DNA of 64,000 nt from an uncultured Candidatus Izemoplasmatales bacterium (GTDB lineage: Bacteria > Bacillota_I > Bacilli_A > Izemoplasmatales > Izemoplasmataceae): NCBI GenBank assembly GCA_964501415.1, contig CAZCSL010000003.1, positions 61,278-125,277 on the forward strand. Direction: 5' to 3'. Below, piece by piece: positions 40,369-53,460 of this stretch (its first letter is position 1; each line of letters starts with the position of its first letter). A program made the position numbers and the translations under genes. The notes beneath the pieces were generated by a model that saw only the letters and a list, made by a program, of their open reading frames with translations, did not search any database and had not been told where the DNA came from.

Positions 40369-40852
40369 AATAGGCCATAGTTTTGATATCCATAAACTCA
40401 AGGTTGGTAAAGGGTTTAAATTAGGTGGCATCGAGATTCAATCTAATAAGGCTGTCGTTGCGCATAGCGATGGGGATTGTTTATTACATGCTATTTCGGA
40501 AAGTTTCTTAGGTGCGCTTGGTCTTGGTGATTTGGGAGATTTTTATCCCGATAACATTTCGGAAACCAAAGATATGGATTCCTCGGTCATGTTAAAAGAA
40601 GTGTATGACAAACTTAGAAACAAAGGTTACCATTTACAAAACATCGATTGCATGATATATTTAGAATTCCCTAAATTAAAACCTTATAAAGCGCGTATTC
40701 AAAATCATATAGCTAATCTTTTAGCAATCAGCCCTCAAGACATCAGCATCAAAGCGACCACCTTTGAAGGCATGGGCGATATCGGTAGGAATGATGCCAT
40801 TGCTGCTTCTTGTGTGTCTTTAATCAAGAAACAGTCCATTAGGAAATTGTGA
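40361..40852 (+). CDS. ispF: 2-C-methyl-D-erythritol 2,4-cyclodiphosphate synthase
   Basis: RIGHSFDIHKL, HSDGDCLLHAI, KATTFEGMG. Confidence 0.93.
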   Translation: MIRIGHSFDIHKLKVGKGFKLGGIEIQSNKAVVAHSDGDCLLHAISESFLGALGLGDLGDFYPDNISETKDMDSSVMLKEVYDKLRNKGYHLQNIDCMIYLEFPKLKPYKARIQNHIANLLAISPQDISIKATTFEGMGDIGRNDAIAASCVSLIKKQSIRKL

Positions 40853-40861
40853 GGTGATACC

Positions 40862-41125
40862 ATGGCGGAACACGTTGAGACATCAGTAGGAAATTTTGAG
40901 ATTATCAAAGATTATAAAGAAGCCTTTAATACAAAAGCTTTTACAGAACGTTATGTGGATTATTTTGATCAATACGAATATATCGTTGGCGATATTAGCG
41001 CTGATATGCTTAGATTAAAAGGATTTACAGAAAAAAACAAAGAGCAAATTTTTGATTATTTAATGGAAGCCTCGACTCCCAATGCACCTTATTTCATTTT
41101 AAAACGTGTCAAGACACAAAATTAA
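40862..41125 (+). CDS. YutD-like small protein (DUF1027 type)
   Basis: 87 aa with ...YEYIVGDISADMLRLKGF... block resembling Bacillus YutD; neighbours are yutG/yutI-like. Confidence 0.65.
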   Translation: MAEHVETSVGNFEIIKDYKEAFNTKAFTERYVDYFDQYEYIVGDISADMLRLKGFTEKNKEQIFDYLMEASTPNAPYFILKRVKTQN

Positions 41126-41189
41126 GTGTTTTATACACATATTAAACATAGATTTAGTATAATGATTACAGTAGAAAGAGGTGTTTAAT

Positions 41190-41423
41190 ATGGATGATAA
41201 ACAAATTGCTAAAGAAGCTGAAAATGTTATCGAAAAAATTAGACCCTATATTCGCCGCGATGGTGGCGATATTCGGTTTGTCAAATACGAAGATGGTATC
41301 GTATACGTAGAGATGCTTGGTGCGTGTGTAGGATGCTCTTTAATCGATACAACACTAACCGATGGCGTTGAAGCCATTCTTTTAGAAGAGGTCCCAGGTA
41401 TCATTGGGGTTGAAAAAATATAA
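41190..41423 (+). CDS. NifU-like (Nfu C-terminal domain) Fe-S scaffold/carrier protein
   Basis: IRPYIRRDGGDI.FV......V.V.MLGACVGC motif. Start moved to ATG 41190 (RBS AGAGGTG). Confidence 0.8.
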   Translation: MDDKQIAKEAENVIEKIRPYIRRDGGDIRFVKYEDGIVYVEMLGACVGCSLIDTTLTDGVEAILLEEVPGIIGVEKI

Positions 41424-41438
41424 AAAGTAGGTGCATCC

Positions 41439-41954
41439 ATGGAAGAAAAGACCTTTGATGATGAGGTTGTAAACGAGCCTAACATGCGCGATTTAGTTGT
41501 GAAACGTATGGAAGAAAGAGGCGTAACTCTCGTAGAAATCGCTGAACTTACGTATAACTTGCAAGCAAAGTATATTCCAGAATTATCAAAAGAAGCTTGT
41601 TTAGAACACGTAGAACGGGTAGTAACAAAAAGAGAGGTTCAAAACGCCATTTTAACGGGCTTAGAACTGGATATCATGGCGGAACAGGGAAACATGAGTG
41701 AACCGCTGAAAACGATGCTATTGGATGATTATGGCCTATATGGAGTAGATGAGGTATTGGCTTTAGCCATTGTCAATGTATATGGGTCGATTGGATTTAC
41801 TAACTTTGGCTATGTAGACAAATTAAAGCCAGGCATCATCAAAAAACTTGATATAGAGGGTAAGGAAACCGAGAAATGTCATACATTTATGGATGATATT
41901 GTCGGTGCTATCGCTGCGGCTGCGGCGAGTTCAATAGCGCATAAATTTGCATGA
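41439..41954 (+). CDS. PgpA-family (YutG/LtrC-like) phosphatidylglycerophosphatase A-like protein
   Basis: REVQNAILTGLELD and YGVDEVLALAIVNVYGSIGFTNFGY blocks as recalled for YutG/LtrC homologues. Confidence 0.65.
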   Translation: MEEKTFDDEVVNEPNMRDLVVKRMEERGVTLVEIAELTYNLQAKYIPELSKEACLEHVERVVTKREVQNAILTGLELDIMAEQGNMSEPLKTMLLDDYGLYGVDEVLALAIVNVYGSIGFTNFGYVDKLKPGIIKKLDIEGKETEKCHTFMDDIVGAIAAAAASSIAHKFA

Positions 41955-42031
41955 CAAACTTAAGGAAATCGTTTTTTGATTTCCTTTTTCTATGGTATAC
42001 TATGTGCAGTTATTCCATAGAGGTGTTGAAT

Positions 42032-42370
42032 ATGAAAAAAGGTGATGTTGTAGAAGCTACAATCACCGCAATCAAACCTTATGGAGCGTTCGTAAAAATC
42101 AACAATGAACTAGATGGCTTAGTCCACATATCGGAAGTAAGTCATCACTATGTGCATAGGATTGAAGATTATCTAACATCAGGCCAAAGCTATCAGTTTA
42201 TGGTATTAGAAAGAGTCGATCAAGGCAAAGTTCGTCTCAGCTATAAGCGGATGCAAGCGCGCAAAGAACGATTGACAATCCACTTAAAAGAAGGGTTTAA
42301 CCCTCTTAAAAAGGCTTTATCCACATGGATAGAGTCTTATGATTATAAGCGCTCTGATGAGGATGAATGA
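42032..42370 (+). CDS. S1 domain RNA-binding protein (YugI/GSP13-like)
   Basis: GDVVEATITAIKPYGAFVKI...GLVHISEVS. Start moved to ATG 42032 (RBS GAGGTG); TGGTATACT -10 upstream. Confidence 0.8.
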   Translation: MKKGDVVEATITAIKPYGAFVKINNELDGLVHISEVSHHYVHRIEDYLTSGQSYQFMVLERVDQGKVRLSYKRMQARKERLTIHLKEGFNPLKKALSTWIESYDYKRSDEDE

Positions 42371-42389
42371 TCGGTGAAAAGGAGAGATT

Positions 42390-43730
42390 ATGATGTTGAA
42401 AGTAGAAACAACTTATTGCAACCAAATACTGAAGGAAACCAATCTTAATGAACTAAAAGATGAGGTTAAAAAAGCCCATCAAAAATTATTAGATAAAACA
42501 GGTGCAGGTGCTGAGTTTACGGGGTGGTTAACTTTACCCAAAGAAGCCTCCCAAAACTTAGGTGCGTTGAAAAAAACCGCCCAGCGTTTGAAAGAGAAAC
42601 ACGATGTCTTAGTTGTCATTGGCATTGGCGGTTCATACTTAGGGGCTAAAGCAGCTATAGAGGCCTTAAAACCATACTTTAAGACAGATTTAGACATGGA
42701 GATTATTTTTGCTGGTCATCATATGTCTAGCGCTTATTTAAAGGATTTAAAAGCATATTTAAAGGAAAAATCATTTGCGATAAATGTTATCTCCAAGTCT
42801 GGTACAACCATAGAACCAGCGATTGCTTTTAGAACGCTTAAAGCGTTGTTGGAAGAGAAAGTTGGCAAGGAAGAAGCGCAAAAACGCATTGTTGCTACGA
42901 CCGATGCTAAAAGTGGTGCGTTAAGAAAACTTGCTGAACTTGAAGGTTATGAAACGTATGTAATTCCCGATGATGTGGGCGGGAGATATAGTATTTTGAC
43001 CCCCGTAGGGCTGCTTCCAATGGCGGTTGCAGGTATTGACATTGATAAATTCGTTTACGGCGCATATGATGCACAAAAACATTTGAATGATAATCAAGAA
43101 AACAACCCAGTATATGATTATGTCATGGCAAGACATGCAATGTTAAAAGCAGGGAAAACCGTTGAATTGCTAGGATACTACGAACCAAAATTACAATATT
43201 TGACCGAATGGTGGAAACAACTATTTGGTGAAAGTGAAGGCAAGAATCATAAGGGACTTTATGTTTCTAGTGCAGGGTTTACAACGGATTTACATTCACT
43301 TGGACAATATATTCAAGATGGTAAACGGCTGTTGTTTGAGACCATTATCAATATCAAGGAACCAAACGATGATATGGTGATAGCTAAAAGTGATGATAAC
43401 TTAGATCGGTTGAATTATTTGGATGGTGTCGGTATTGATACGGTCAACAAAAAGGCTATGCAAGGCACGTTGCTAGCACATATGGACGGTGAGGCACCCT
43501 CTTTGGTGTTGCACTTGGATAAGCTTGATGAAGCGCACTTTGGGTATCTGATATATTATTTCGAACTCGCTTGCGCTATTAGCGGTTATGTCCTTGGCGT
43601 CAACCCATTTGATCAACCAGGGGTTGAGGCGTATAAAAAAAATATGTTTGCCCTGCTTGGCAAACCCGGTTTTGAATCAGAAACAAAACATTTGAATGAA
43701 CGTTTAAAAGACGTAAAAAAAACACATTAA
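42390..43730 (+). CDS. pgi: Glucose-6-phosphate isomerase
   Basis: VVIGIGGSYLGAKA, DDVGGRYSILT, GESEGK. Confidence 0.93.
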   Translation: MMLKVETTYCNQILKETNLNELKDEVKKAHQKLLDKTGAGAEFTGWLTLPKEASQNLGALKKTAQRLKEKHDVLVVIGIGGSYLGAKAAIEALKPYFKTDLDMEIIFAGHHMSSAYLKDLKAYLKEKSFAINVISKSGTTIEPAIAFRTLKALLEEKVGKEEAQKRIVATTDAKSGALRKLAELEGYETYVIPDDVGGRYSILTPVGLLPMAVAGIDIDKFVYGAYDAQKHLNDNQENNPVYDYVMARHAMLKAGKTVELLGYYEPKLQYLTEWWKQLFGESEGKNHKGLYVSSAGFTTDLHSLGQYIQDGKRLLFETIINIKEPNDDMVIAKSDDNLDRLNYLDGVGIDTVNKKAMQGTLLAHMDGEAPSLVLHLDKLDEAHFGYLIYYFELACAISGYVLGVNPFDQPGVEAYKKNMFALLGKPGFESETKHLNERLKDVKKTH

Positions 43731-44593
43731 TTTGTGTTTTTTTCTAACTCAAAGCTCTTAAAATTTGCGTGTTTATTCGTAGTGGTTACTTCGATTTCTC
43801 CAGCGTTTTCAAAGGTCTCGCCGTCACACTGCACGACTTGATTGGAAAACATGGTAGCTTTAATATGTTTGCCCTTTTTGTAAAAAATATAACGTTTCAA
43901 TTTTTTATGAAAACCTAGATAGACGCTCAAAAATACAATAAATAATAGCGGTTTGCTGATTTTATGAACGACGATGATGTCAAGTTCGTCCTCACTTAAA
44001 ATTGCATCAGGGGTTAAACGCATACCCCCTCCGATAAATTGACCGCTGTTCATGTTTACCAAATAGGCTTTATTGAAGGTGTATAACTCACCATCAATGA
44101 TAACTTCGGCATACCTAGGCTTAAAGGTTGCAAACGTTCTTAGTGCATTAAAGAAGTAATTAAATCGATTCTTTCTAACGGATTGATTGACAAGATGAGC
44201 TATTCTACCATCCATGCCTATTCCAGCGCCATTCATAAAATATCTTTTTTTATCGTTATAACGCATGAGCATAATTGGTTGTGTTAAAGGGCGTTGTTTT
44301 TTTAAAGAACGAAGGAAATCATTGCCAGAACCATTCCCTTTTAAATATACTTCATTTTCCACGGCTAAATCAACGGTGTGGTTGATAAAGGTGTTTATAG
44401 TACCATCACCACCAAGCAACAAGATTTTAACGTCTTTAGGTGTTTTTTTAAGGTAGCTTTCGATATTTTTAATTTTTAACAAGCTTTTCAAACGAAAAGG
44501 CATGTGGTTTTTTTTGAAGTACTCCACAACCTTTTTGGTAGTTCTCTTAGCTTTTTTGTTTTTGGATAACGGATTGTATAAGATGATATGCAT
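43727..44593 (-). CDS. Diacylglycerol/lipid kinase family protein (DAGK_cat), copy 2
   Basis: ILYNPLSKNKKA, LLLGGDGTINTF, GNGSGNDF motifs; its stop overlaps the pgi stop. Confidence 0.75.
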   Translation of the reverse strand: MHIILYNPLSKNKKAKRTTKKVVEYFKKNHMPFRLKSLLKIKNIESYLKKTPKDVKILLLGGDGTINTFINHTVDLAVENEVYLKGNGSGNDFLRSLKKQRPLTQPIMLMRYNDKKRYFMNGAGIGMDGRIAHLVNQSVRKNRFNYFFNALRTFATFKPRYAEVIIDGELYTFNKAYLVNMNSGQFIGGGMRLTPDAILSEDELDIIVVHKISKPLLFIVFLSVYLGFHKKLKRYIFYKKGKHIKATMFSNQVVQCDGETFENAGEIEVTTTNKHANFKSFELEKNTN

Positions 44594-44690
44594 GTCTTAT
44601 CTTCCATTCTTTCATTCAATTTACCATCATTATAGCATGTTACGGTAAAATAAGGTATAATAATGACCGAATTCAGTAGAGGTGTATACC

Positions 44691-45137
44691 ATGGAAAAGA
44701 CGATATATGTTGATAATCTTCTGATGATGTCAAATGTTGCTAAGGTAGTAGCTAATCATCTATTTGAAGGGTACGTGATTTGTCTCTCAGGCGATTTGGG
44801 AGCTGGTAAAACGACGTTTACACAATTTCTTGGTCGTCATATGGGGATAAAAGATTTTATTAATTCTCCGACATTTACGATTATGAAAATTTATGATCAT
44901 AAACCAAAATTAACGCATATTGATGCTTACCGTTTGGAACATGACATAGACAACGATATAGAAGAATACATTGCCGCAGAAGGCGTTACGGTTATTGAGT
45001 GGTATACCTACATACAATCATCATTACCTTCAGAATACTTAGTCATGGATATTGAATGGCTTTCTGAGACAAAACGAAAGATTTATGTGAAAGGCACGGG
45101 ACGTTATGAAAAAACCATTGAAGCGCTTGATTATTGA
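44691..45137 (+). CDS. tsaE: tRNA t6A37 biosynthesis ATPase TsaE
   Basis: LSGDLGAGKTTFTQ, SPTFTI, HIDAYRL. Start moved to ATG 44691. Confidence 0.88.
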   Translation: MEKTIYVDNLLMMSNVAKVVANHLFEGYVICLSGDLGAGKTTFTQFLGRHMGIKDFINSPTFTIMKIYDHKPKLTHIDAYRLEHDIDNDIEEYIAAEGVTVIEWYTYIQSSLPSEYLVMDIEWLSETKRKIYVKGTGRYEKTIEALDY

Positions 45138-45711
45138 TACTGCAACCCAATTTTTGTATGTTGCTCTTTATGAAGGGGAGCAACCGATTGATGTCGTTTA
45201 TGAACGCGGCCAAAATAATCATTCGGTAACCTTGATGCCAACGATTGAAGCCCTATTTGATCGACTTACCTATACGATTAAAGAGGTAGATGAGATTGTG
45301 GTCGGTGTAGGGCCCGGTTCTTATACGGGCGTTAGAATAGGCGTAGTGGTTGCTAAGATGTTTGCATGGACACTAGAAAAACCGCTTTACACGATTAGTT
45401 CTTTAGCCCTTATAGCTTCTTCGGTTAAAAATAGCCGTGTCTTGCCATACCAAGATGCGCGGCGAGGAAATGCGTTTTTAGGTCTTTATCAGAATGATGG
45501 CGTCAAACTAAAACGATTAATCGAAGATCAACACGCAGCTTTAGATGCATTTGTCGCTGCTCATCAACCACAGTCGACTAGCTCTAAAGGAAAACCGGAT
45601 TTTGCTATCATTTTAAATAGCGATTTAATGACAAAAGCTGATGCTATTCATCATGTAAGTCCGGTATATTTAAGAAAAACCGAAGCAGAAAGAAACCTAT
45701 CTAATGACTAA
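45106..45711 (+). CDS. tsaB: tRNA t6A37 biosynthesis protein TsaB
   Basis: LIIDTAT, VGVGPGSYTGVRIG; tsaE-tsaB-rimI-tsaD synteny. Confidence 0.85.
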   Translation: MKKPLKRLIIDTATQFLYVALYEGEQPIDVVYERGQNNHSVTLMPTIEALFDRLTYTIKEVDEIVVGVGPGSYTGVRIGVVVAKMFAWTLEKPLYTISSLALIASSVKNSRVLPYQDARRGNAFLGLYQNDGVKLKRLIEDQHAALDAFVAAHQPQSTSSKGKPDFAIILNSDLMTKADAIHHVSPVYLRKTEAERNLSND

Positions 45712-46147
45712 AATTAGACGTATGCACATTAAGGATGTCTCTTTTGTGTACGATCTGGAAAAGGCTACGTTTGGCGATAGTTTAGAAAAACCTATGTTGT
45801 ATAATGAAATATTATATAATGATATGGCGCACTATTTTGTTATCACCGAGTATCAAAAACGCGTGGGCTATGTTGGCTTATGGTTGACGCAACCAAATGC
45901 AGAGATACTTAATCTTGCCGTTATCGAAGATAAGCAGAAACAAGGTTATGGAAAAGCATTGCTAGAAAAAGCCGTAAGTGTATGTAAAGAAAACGATATC
46001 GATACAATAACCTTAGAAGTAAGAAAGAGTCATAAGCAAATCATCGATTTTTATACATCGTTTGGATTTAAGGTTGTAGGTGAAAGAAAACGATATTATA
46101 AAAATCACGAAGACGCCTATTTAATGGCTAAGGATGTGAAAACATGA
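45704..46147 (+). CDS. rimI: Ribosomal-protein-alanine N-acetyltransferase (GNAT)
   Basis: NLAVIEDKQKQGYGKALL acetyl-CoA motif; synteny. Confidence 0.85.
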   Translation: MTKIRRMHIKDVSFVYDLEKATFGDSLEKPMLYNEILYNDMAHYFVITEYQKRVGYVGLWLTQPNAEILNLAVIEDKQKQGYGKALLEKAVSVCKENDIDTITLEVRKSHKQIIDFYTSFGFKVVGERKRYYKNHEDAYLMAKDVKT

Positions 46148-47136
46148 ATGTTTTGAGTGTTGAGAGCTCTTGTGATGAGACTTCGGTAAGTATATCCCAA
46201 GATGGGAAACATATTTTGTCCAATGTGGTCTTATCACAAATTGAATTACATAAAGCGTTTGGTGGTGTCGTACCGGAAATCGCTTCAAGAGAACACGTCA
46301 AAGGTATAACGGCGGTATTTGAGAAAGCATTAGAAGATGCTAAGAAAAAGCCAAGTGATATCGATCTGATAGCGGTAACTAAAGGTCCGGGCTTAATTGG
46401 AAGCTTATTGGTGGGAATCAATGCCGCGAAAGCTTTTGCTTATGCACACCAAATACCTATGGTAGGGGTACATCATATCGCGGGTCATATTTATGCCAAT
46501 CACATAGAAAGTGAACTTGAATTTCCCTTGGTAGCCTTGATTGTTTCTGGAGGGCATACAGAACTAGTCCTTATGAAAGAACACTATGATTTTGAAATAT
46601 TAGGTCAAACTTATGATGATGCGGTTGGAGAGGCATATGATAAGATAGCACGCATTTTAGATTTAGGGTATCCTGGAGGTCCGATTATCGATCAACTTGC
46701 GCACCAAGGTCAACCTACTTACAGGATGCCTAAGATCGATACCTCCTCACGTTATGACTTTTCTTATAGCGGACTAAAAAGCCATGTGATTAATTTGATC
46801 AACACCATGAGGATGAAAAAAGAGCCCATTGACAAAAAGAATATGGCTGCAAGTTTTCAAAAGGCTGCAGTAGAACACTTAATTACTCAAAGCAAAAAAG
46901 CGGTCGAAGACAAACAGGCTAAAATGTTTATCGTTGCAGGGGGCGTTGCGGCTAATAAACATCTGCGTGCAGAAGTTGATAAACACTTCAGTGATGTAAA
47001 GACGACGATGCCGGCATTTAAGTATTGTACAGACAACGCCGCGATGATGGGGATTGCAGGCTATTTCTATTATCAAAAATACAAACAAAAGCATCCTATG
47101 GACTTAAATGGTTTTTCTAGGTTGGATTTAGAATAA
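46144..47136 (+). CDS. tsaD: tRNA N6-adenosine threonylcarbamoyltransferase TsaD
   Basis: VESSCDETSVSI, HHIAGHI, SGGHTEL, GGVAAN. Confidence 0.95.
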   Translation: MNVLSVESSCDETSVSISQDGKHILSNVVLSQIELHKAFGGVVPEIASREHVKGITAVFEKALEDAKKKPSDIDLIAVTKGPGLIGSLLVGINAAKAFAYAHQIPMVGVHHIAGHIYANHIESELEFPLVALIVSGGHTELVLMKEHYDFEILGQTYDDAVGEAYDKIARILDLGYPGGPIIDQLAHQGQPTYRMPKIDTSSRYDFSYSGLKSHVINLINTMRMKKEPIDKKNMAASFQKAAVEHLITQSKKAVEDKQAKMFIVAGGVAANKHLRAEVDKHFSDVKTTMPAFKYCTDNAAMMGIAGYFYYQKYKQKHPMDLNGFSRLDLE

Positions 47137-47182
47137 ATCGGTATAATTACACAATATTAGTGATGAAAGTAAGGTGCACATT

Positions 47183-48814
47183 ATGGAAAATAAGAACTTT
47201 ATCAGACGTATTATAGAAGAAGATCTAGCGAATAAGAAACACACACACATTGCCACTAGATTTCCACCCGAACCTAATGGATTAATGCATTTGGGTCATG
47301 CTAGGGCCATCGTGATGAACTATATCTTATCTAAAGATTATGGGGGTTCATTTAATCTAAGATTTGATGATACTAATCCTGTTAAAGAAGACGTGATGTA
47401 CGTCGAAGGTATTAAGCGGGATATCGCATGGCTAGGCTGTAAATGGGATAACCTTTTTTTCGCTAGTGATTACTTTGACCAAATGTATGAACGCGCTATG
47501 CTGCTTGTGAAAAAGGGGCTAGCTTATGTATGCGATTTATCGGCTGAAAAGATAAAAGAGTACCGAGGCGACCTAAAGAACCCAGGCACCAATAGCCCTT
47601 ATCGAAATCGAAGTATAGAGGAAAACATCAAATTATTTGAGGGCATGAAAGAAGGGGCCTTTAAGGACGGGGAAAAAGTGTTGCGCGCTAAGATTGACAT
47701 GGCCAGTCCTAACATTAATATGAGAGACCCCATTATTTACCGAATTCAAAGAGCCCATCATCATAACACCAAGGATAAATGGTGTATTTATCCTATGTAT
47801 GATTTTGCCCACCCTTTAGAAGATGCCATTGAGGGGATTACCCATTCGCTTTGCAGTTTGGAATTTGAGGATCATCGTCCGCTTTATGATTGGTTTGTAA
47901 AGCATTGTGAGATGGAGAATGTACCAAGACAAATTGAATTTGGCAAATTAAAAATAGCCAATGAGATATCGGGAAAAAGATTTATTAGAAAATTGGTAGA
48001 TGAAGGTATTGTTGATGGTTGGGACGATCCTCGGTTAATCACATTGAGTGGATTGAGAAGACGTGGTGTCCCCCCGCAAGCTATTCATGATTTTATCAAG
48101 GCTTTGGGATTGCCTAAGAGTGAAGGCGAAACAAAGATGCATATGCTCGATGAGTTCATTCGTAATCACTTAAAGGTTGAATCCAGAAGAATTCATGCCG
48201 TTTTGGACCCTATTAAAGTCATAATTACCAATTATCCAAACGATAAGGCTGAGGTATTAACGGCCCCAAACAACAAAGAAAATGAAGCTTTAGGTGAACG
48301 AGAGTTGACTTTTTCTAACACGCTTTATATTGAACGTGAGGATTTCTTAGAGAATAAACCGAACAAAAAGTGGAAGCGTCTATCCTTAGGCATTGAAGTT
48401 CGTTTAATGCATGCGTATTTTATCCAAGCTAACGAGGTTGAATATGATGAGGATGGTCAAGTGAAAGTTATTTATGCGACTTATGATGAAAAAACCAAAA
48501 GTGGTTCAGGGTTTAATGAGCGCAAACCCAATGGCAATATACATTTTGTCGATGCCAAAAATGCACAACCTACGGAGTTTAGACTGTATGATGCACTCGT
48601 AAAGCCTAACCATGAAGGACCGATAGATGAAAACGCCATTAACAAGGACTCAAAAGTGATTAAACAAGGGTTTATAGAGGGTAATGTGAAACCCAAGGAG
48701 CGCGAAAGCTTTCAATTTACTAGATTAGGGTACTTTACTTTAGATCAAGACAGTGATGACCATCATTTGGTCTTTAATCAAACGGTAGCATTGCGTTCAT
48801 CATTCAAAAAATGA
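47183..48814 (+). CDS. glnS: Glutaminyl-tRNA synthetase
   Basis: [11 protein letters not shown]...[19 protein letters not shown]...[13 protein letters not shown] closely parallels the E. coli GlnRS N-terminus; C-terminal beta-barrel anticodon domains present. Confidence 0.9.
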   Translation: MENKNFIRRIIEEDLANKKHTHIATRFPPEPNGLMHLGHARAIVMNYILSKDYGGSFNLRFDDTNPVKEDVMYVEGIKRDIAWLGCKWDNLFFASDYFDQMYERAMLLVKKGLAYVCDLSAEKIKEYRGDLKNPGTNSPYRNRSIEENIKLFEGMKEGAFKDGEKVLRAKIDMASPNINMRDPIIYRIQRAHHHNTKDKWCIYPMYDFAHPLEDAIEGITHSLCSLEFEDHRPLYDWFVKHCEMENVPRQIEFGKLKIANEISGKRFIRKLVDEGIVDGWDDPRLITLSGLRRRGVPPQAIHDFIKALGLPKSEGETKMHMLDEFIRNHLKVESRRIHAVLDPIKVIITNYPNDKAEVLTAPNNKENEALGERELTFSNTLYIEREDFLENKPNKKWKRLSLGIEVRLMHAYFIQANEVEYDEDGQVKVIYATYDEKTKSGSGFNERKPNGNIHFVDAKNAQPTEFRLYDALVKPNHEGPIDENAINKDSKVIKQGFIEGNVKPKERESFQFTRLGYFTLDQDSDDHHLVFNQTVALRSSFKK

Positions 48815-48853
48815 GTGTGAAAACCCTTTTATTAATCAAATTTAACATAAAGC

Positions 48854-48881
48854 TTGCATTTTAAAATAAATACTGTATGAT
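48854..48881 (+). promoter_or_regulatory. Candidate csp promoter TTGCAT-16 nt-TATGAT with a 5' UTR of about 100 nt
   Basis: Motif match; long leaders are typical of cold-shock genes. Confidence 0.5.
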
Positions 48882-48986
48882 GTATACAGAACTTAAACAG
48901 AACAATGCACTGGAATAGAACATGTTTCACTATTCTTAGCAGCAACTGGGCGTTTAAGAAATTGATTAAGAATGGAGGAACATAGT

Positions 48987-49184
48987 ATGACTGGTACAGT
49001 AAAATGGTTCAACGCAGAAAAAGGTTTCGGTTTCATCACTACAGATGAAGGAACAGATGTGTTTGCACATTATTCACACATCAACCAAGAAGGATTCAAA
49101 ACTCTTGAAGAAGGCCAAAAAGTAACATTCGACGTAGTCGAAAGTGAAAAAGGTCCTCAAGCTGAAAACATTGAAACCCTTTAA
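48987..49184 (+). CDS. csp: Cold-shock protein (CspA family)
   Basis: [17 protein letters not shown] (RNP1), DVFAHYS (RNP2). Start moved to ATG 48987 (RBS GGAGGA). Confidence 0.93.
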   Translation: MTGTVKWFNAEKGFGFITTDEGTDVFAHYSHINQEGFKTLEEGQKVTFDVVESEKGPQAENIETL

Positions 49185-49189
49185 AACTA

Positions 49190-49218
49190 AAAACCAACCC
49201 TCGGGTTGGTTTTTTTTA
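49190..49218 (+). terminator. csp intrinsic terminator
   Basis: AAAACCAACCC-tcg-GGTTGGTTTT + TTTTT. Confidence 0.8.
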
Positions 49219-49249
49219 TTTCCAATGGATAGGCAAGTGAGGGTTTTTT

Positions 49250-49258
49250 TGGTATAAT
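49250..49258 (+). promoter_or_regulatory. Extended -10 TGGTATAAT upstream of pcrA
   Basis: Motif match; overlaps the track's 5' extension of pcrA. Confidence 0.45.
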
Positions 49259-49277
49259 TTTGACAAAGGTGATTGAA

Positions 49278-53448
<4,171 letters not shown>

Positions 53449-53460
53449 GACGTGTCACAT

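Noticed and set aside
43716-43743. A/T palindrome as a mobile-element inverted repeat or recombination site
   Set aside because: It is a single copy, sits exactly at the convergent stop codons and has no flanking duplication. A weak bidirectional terminator is the simpler reading.
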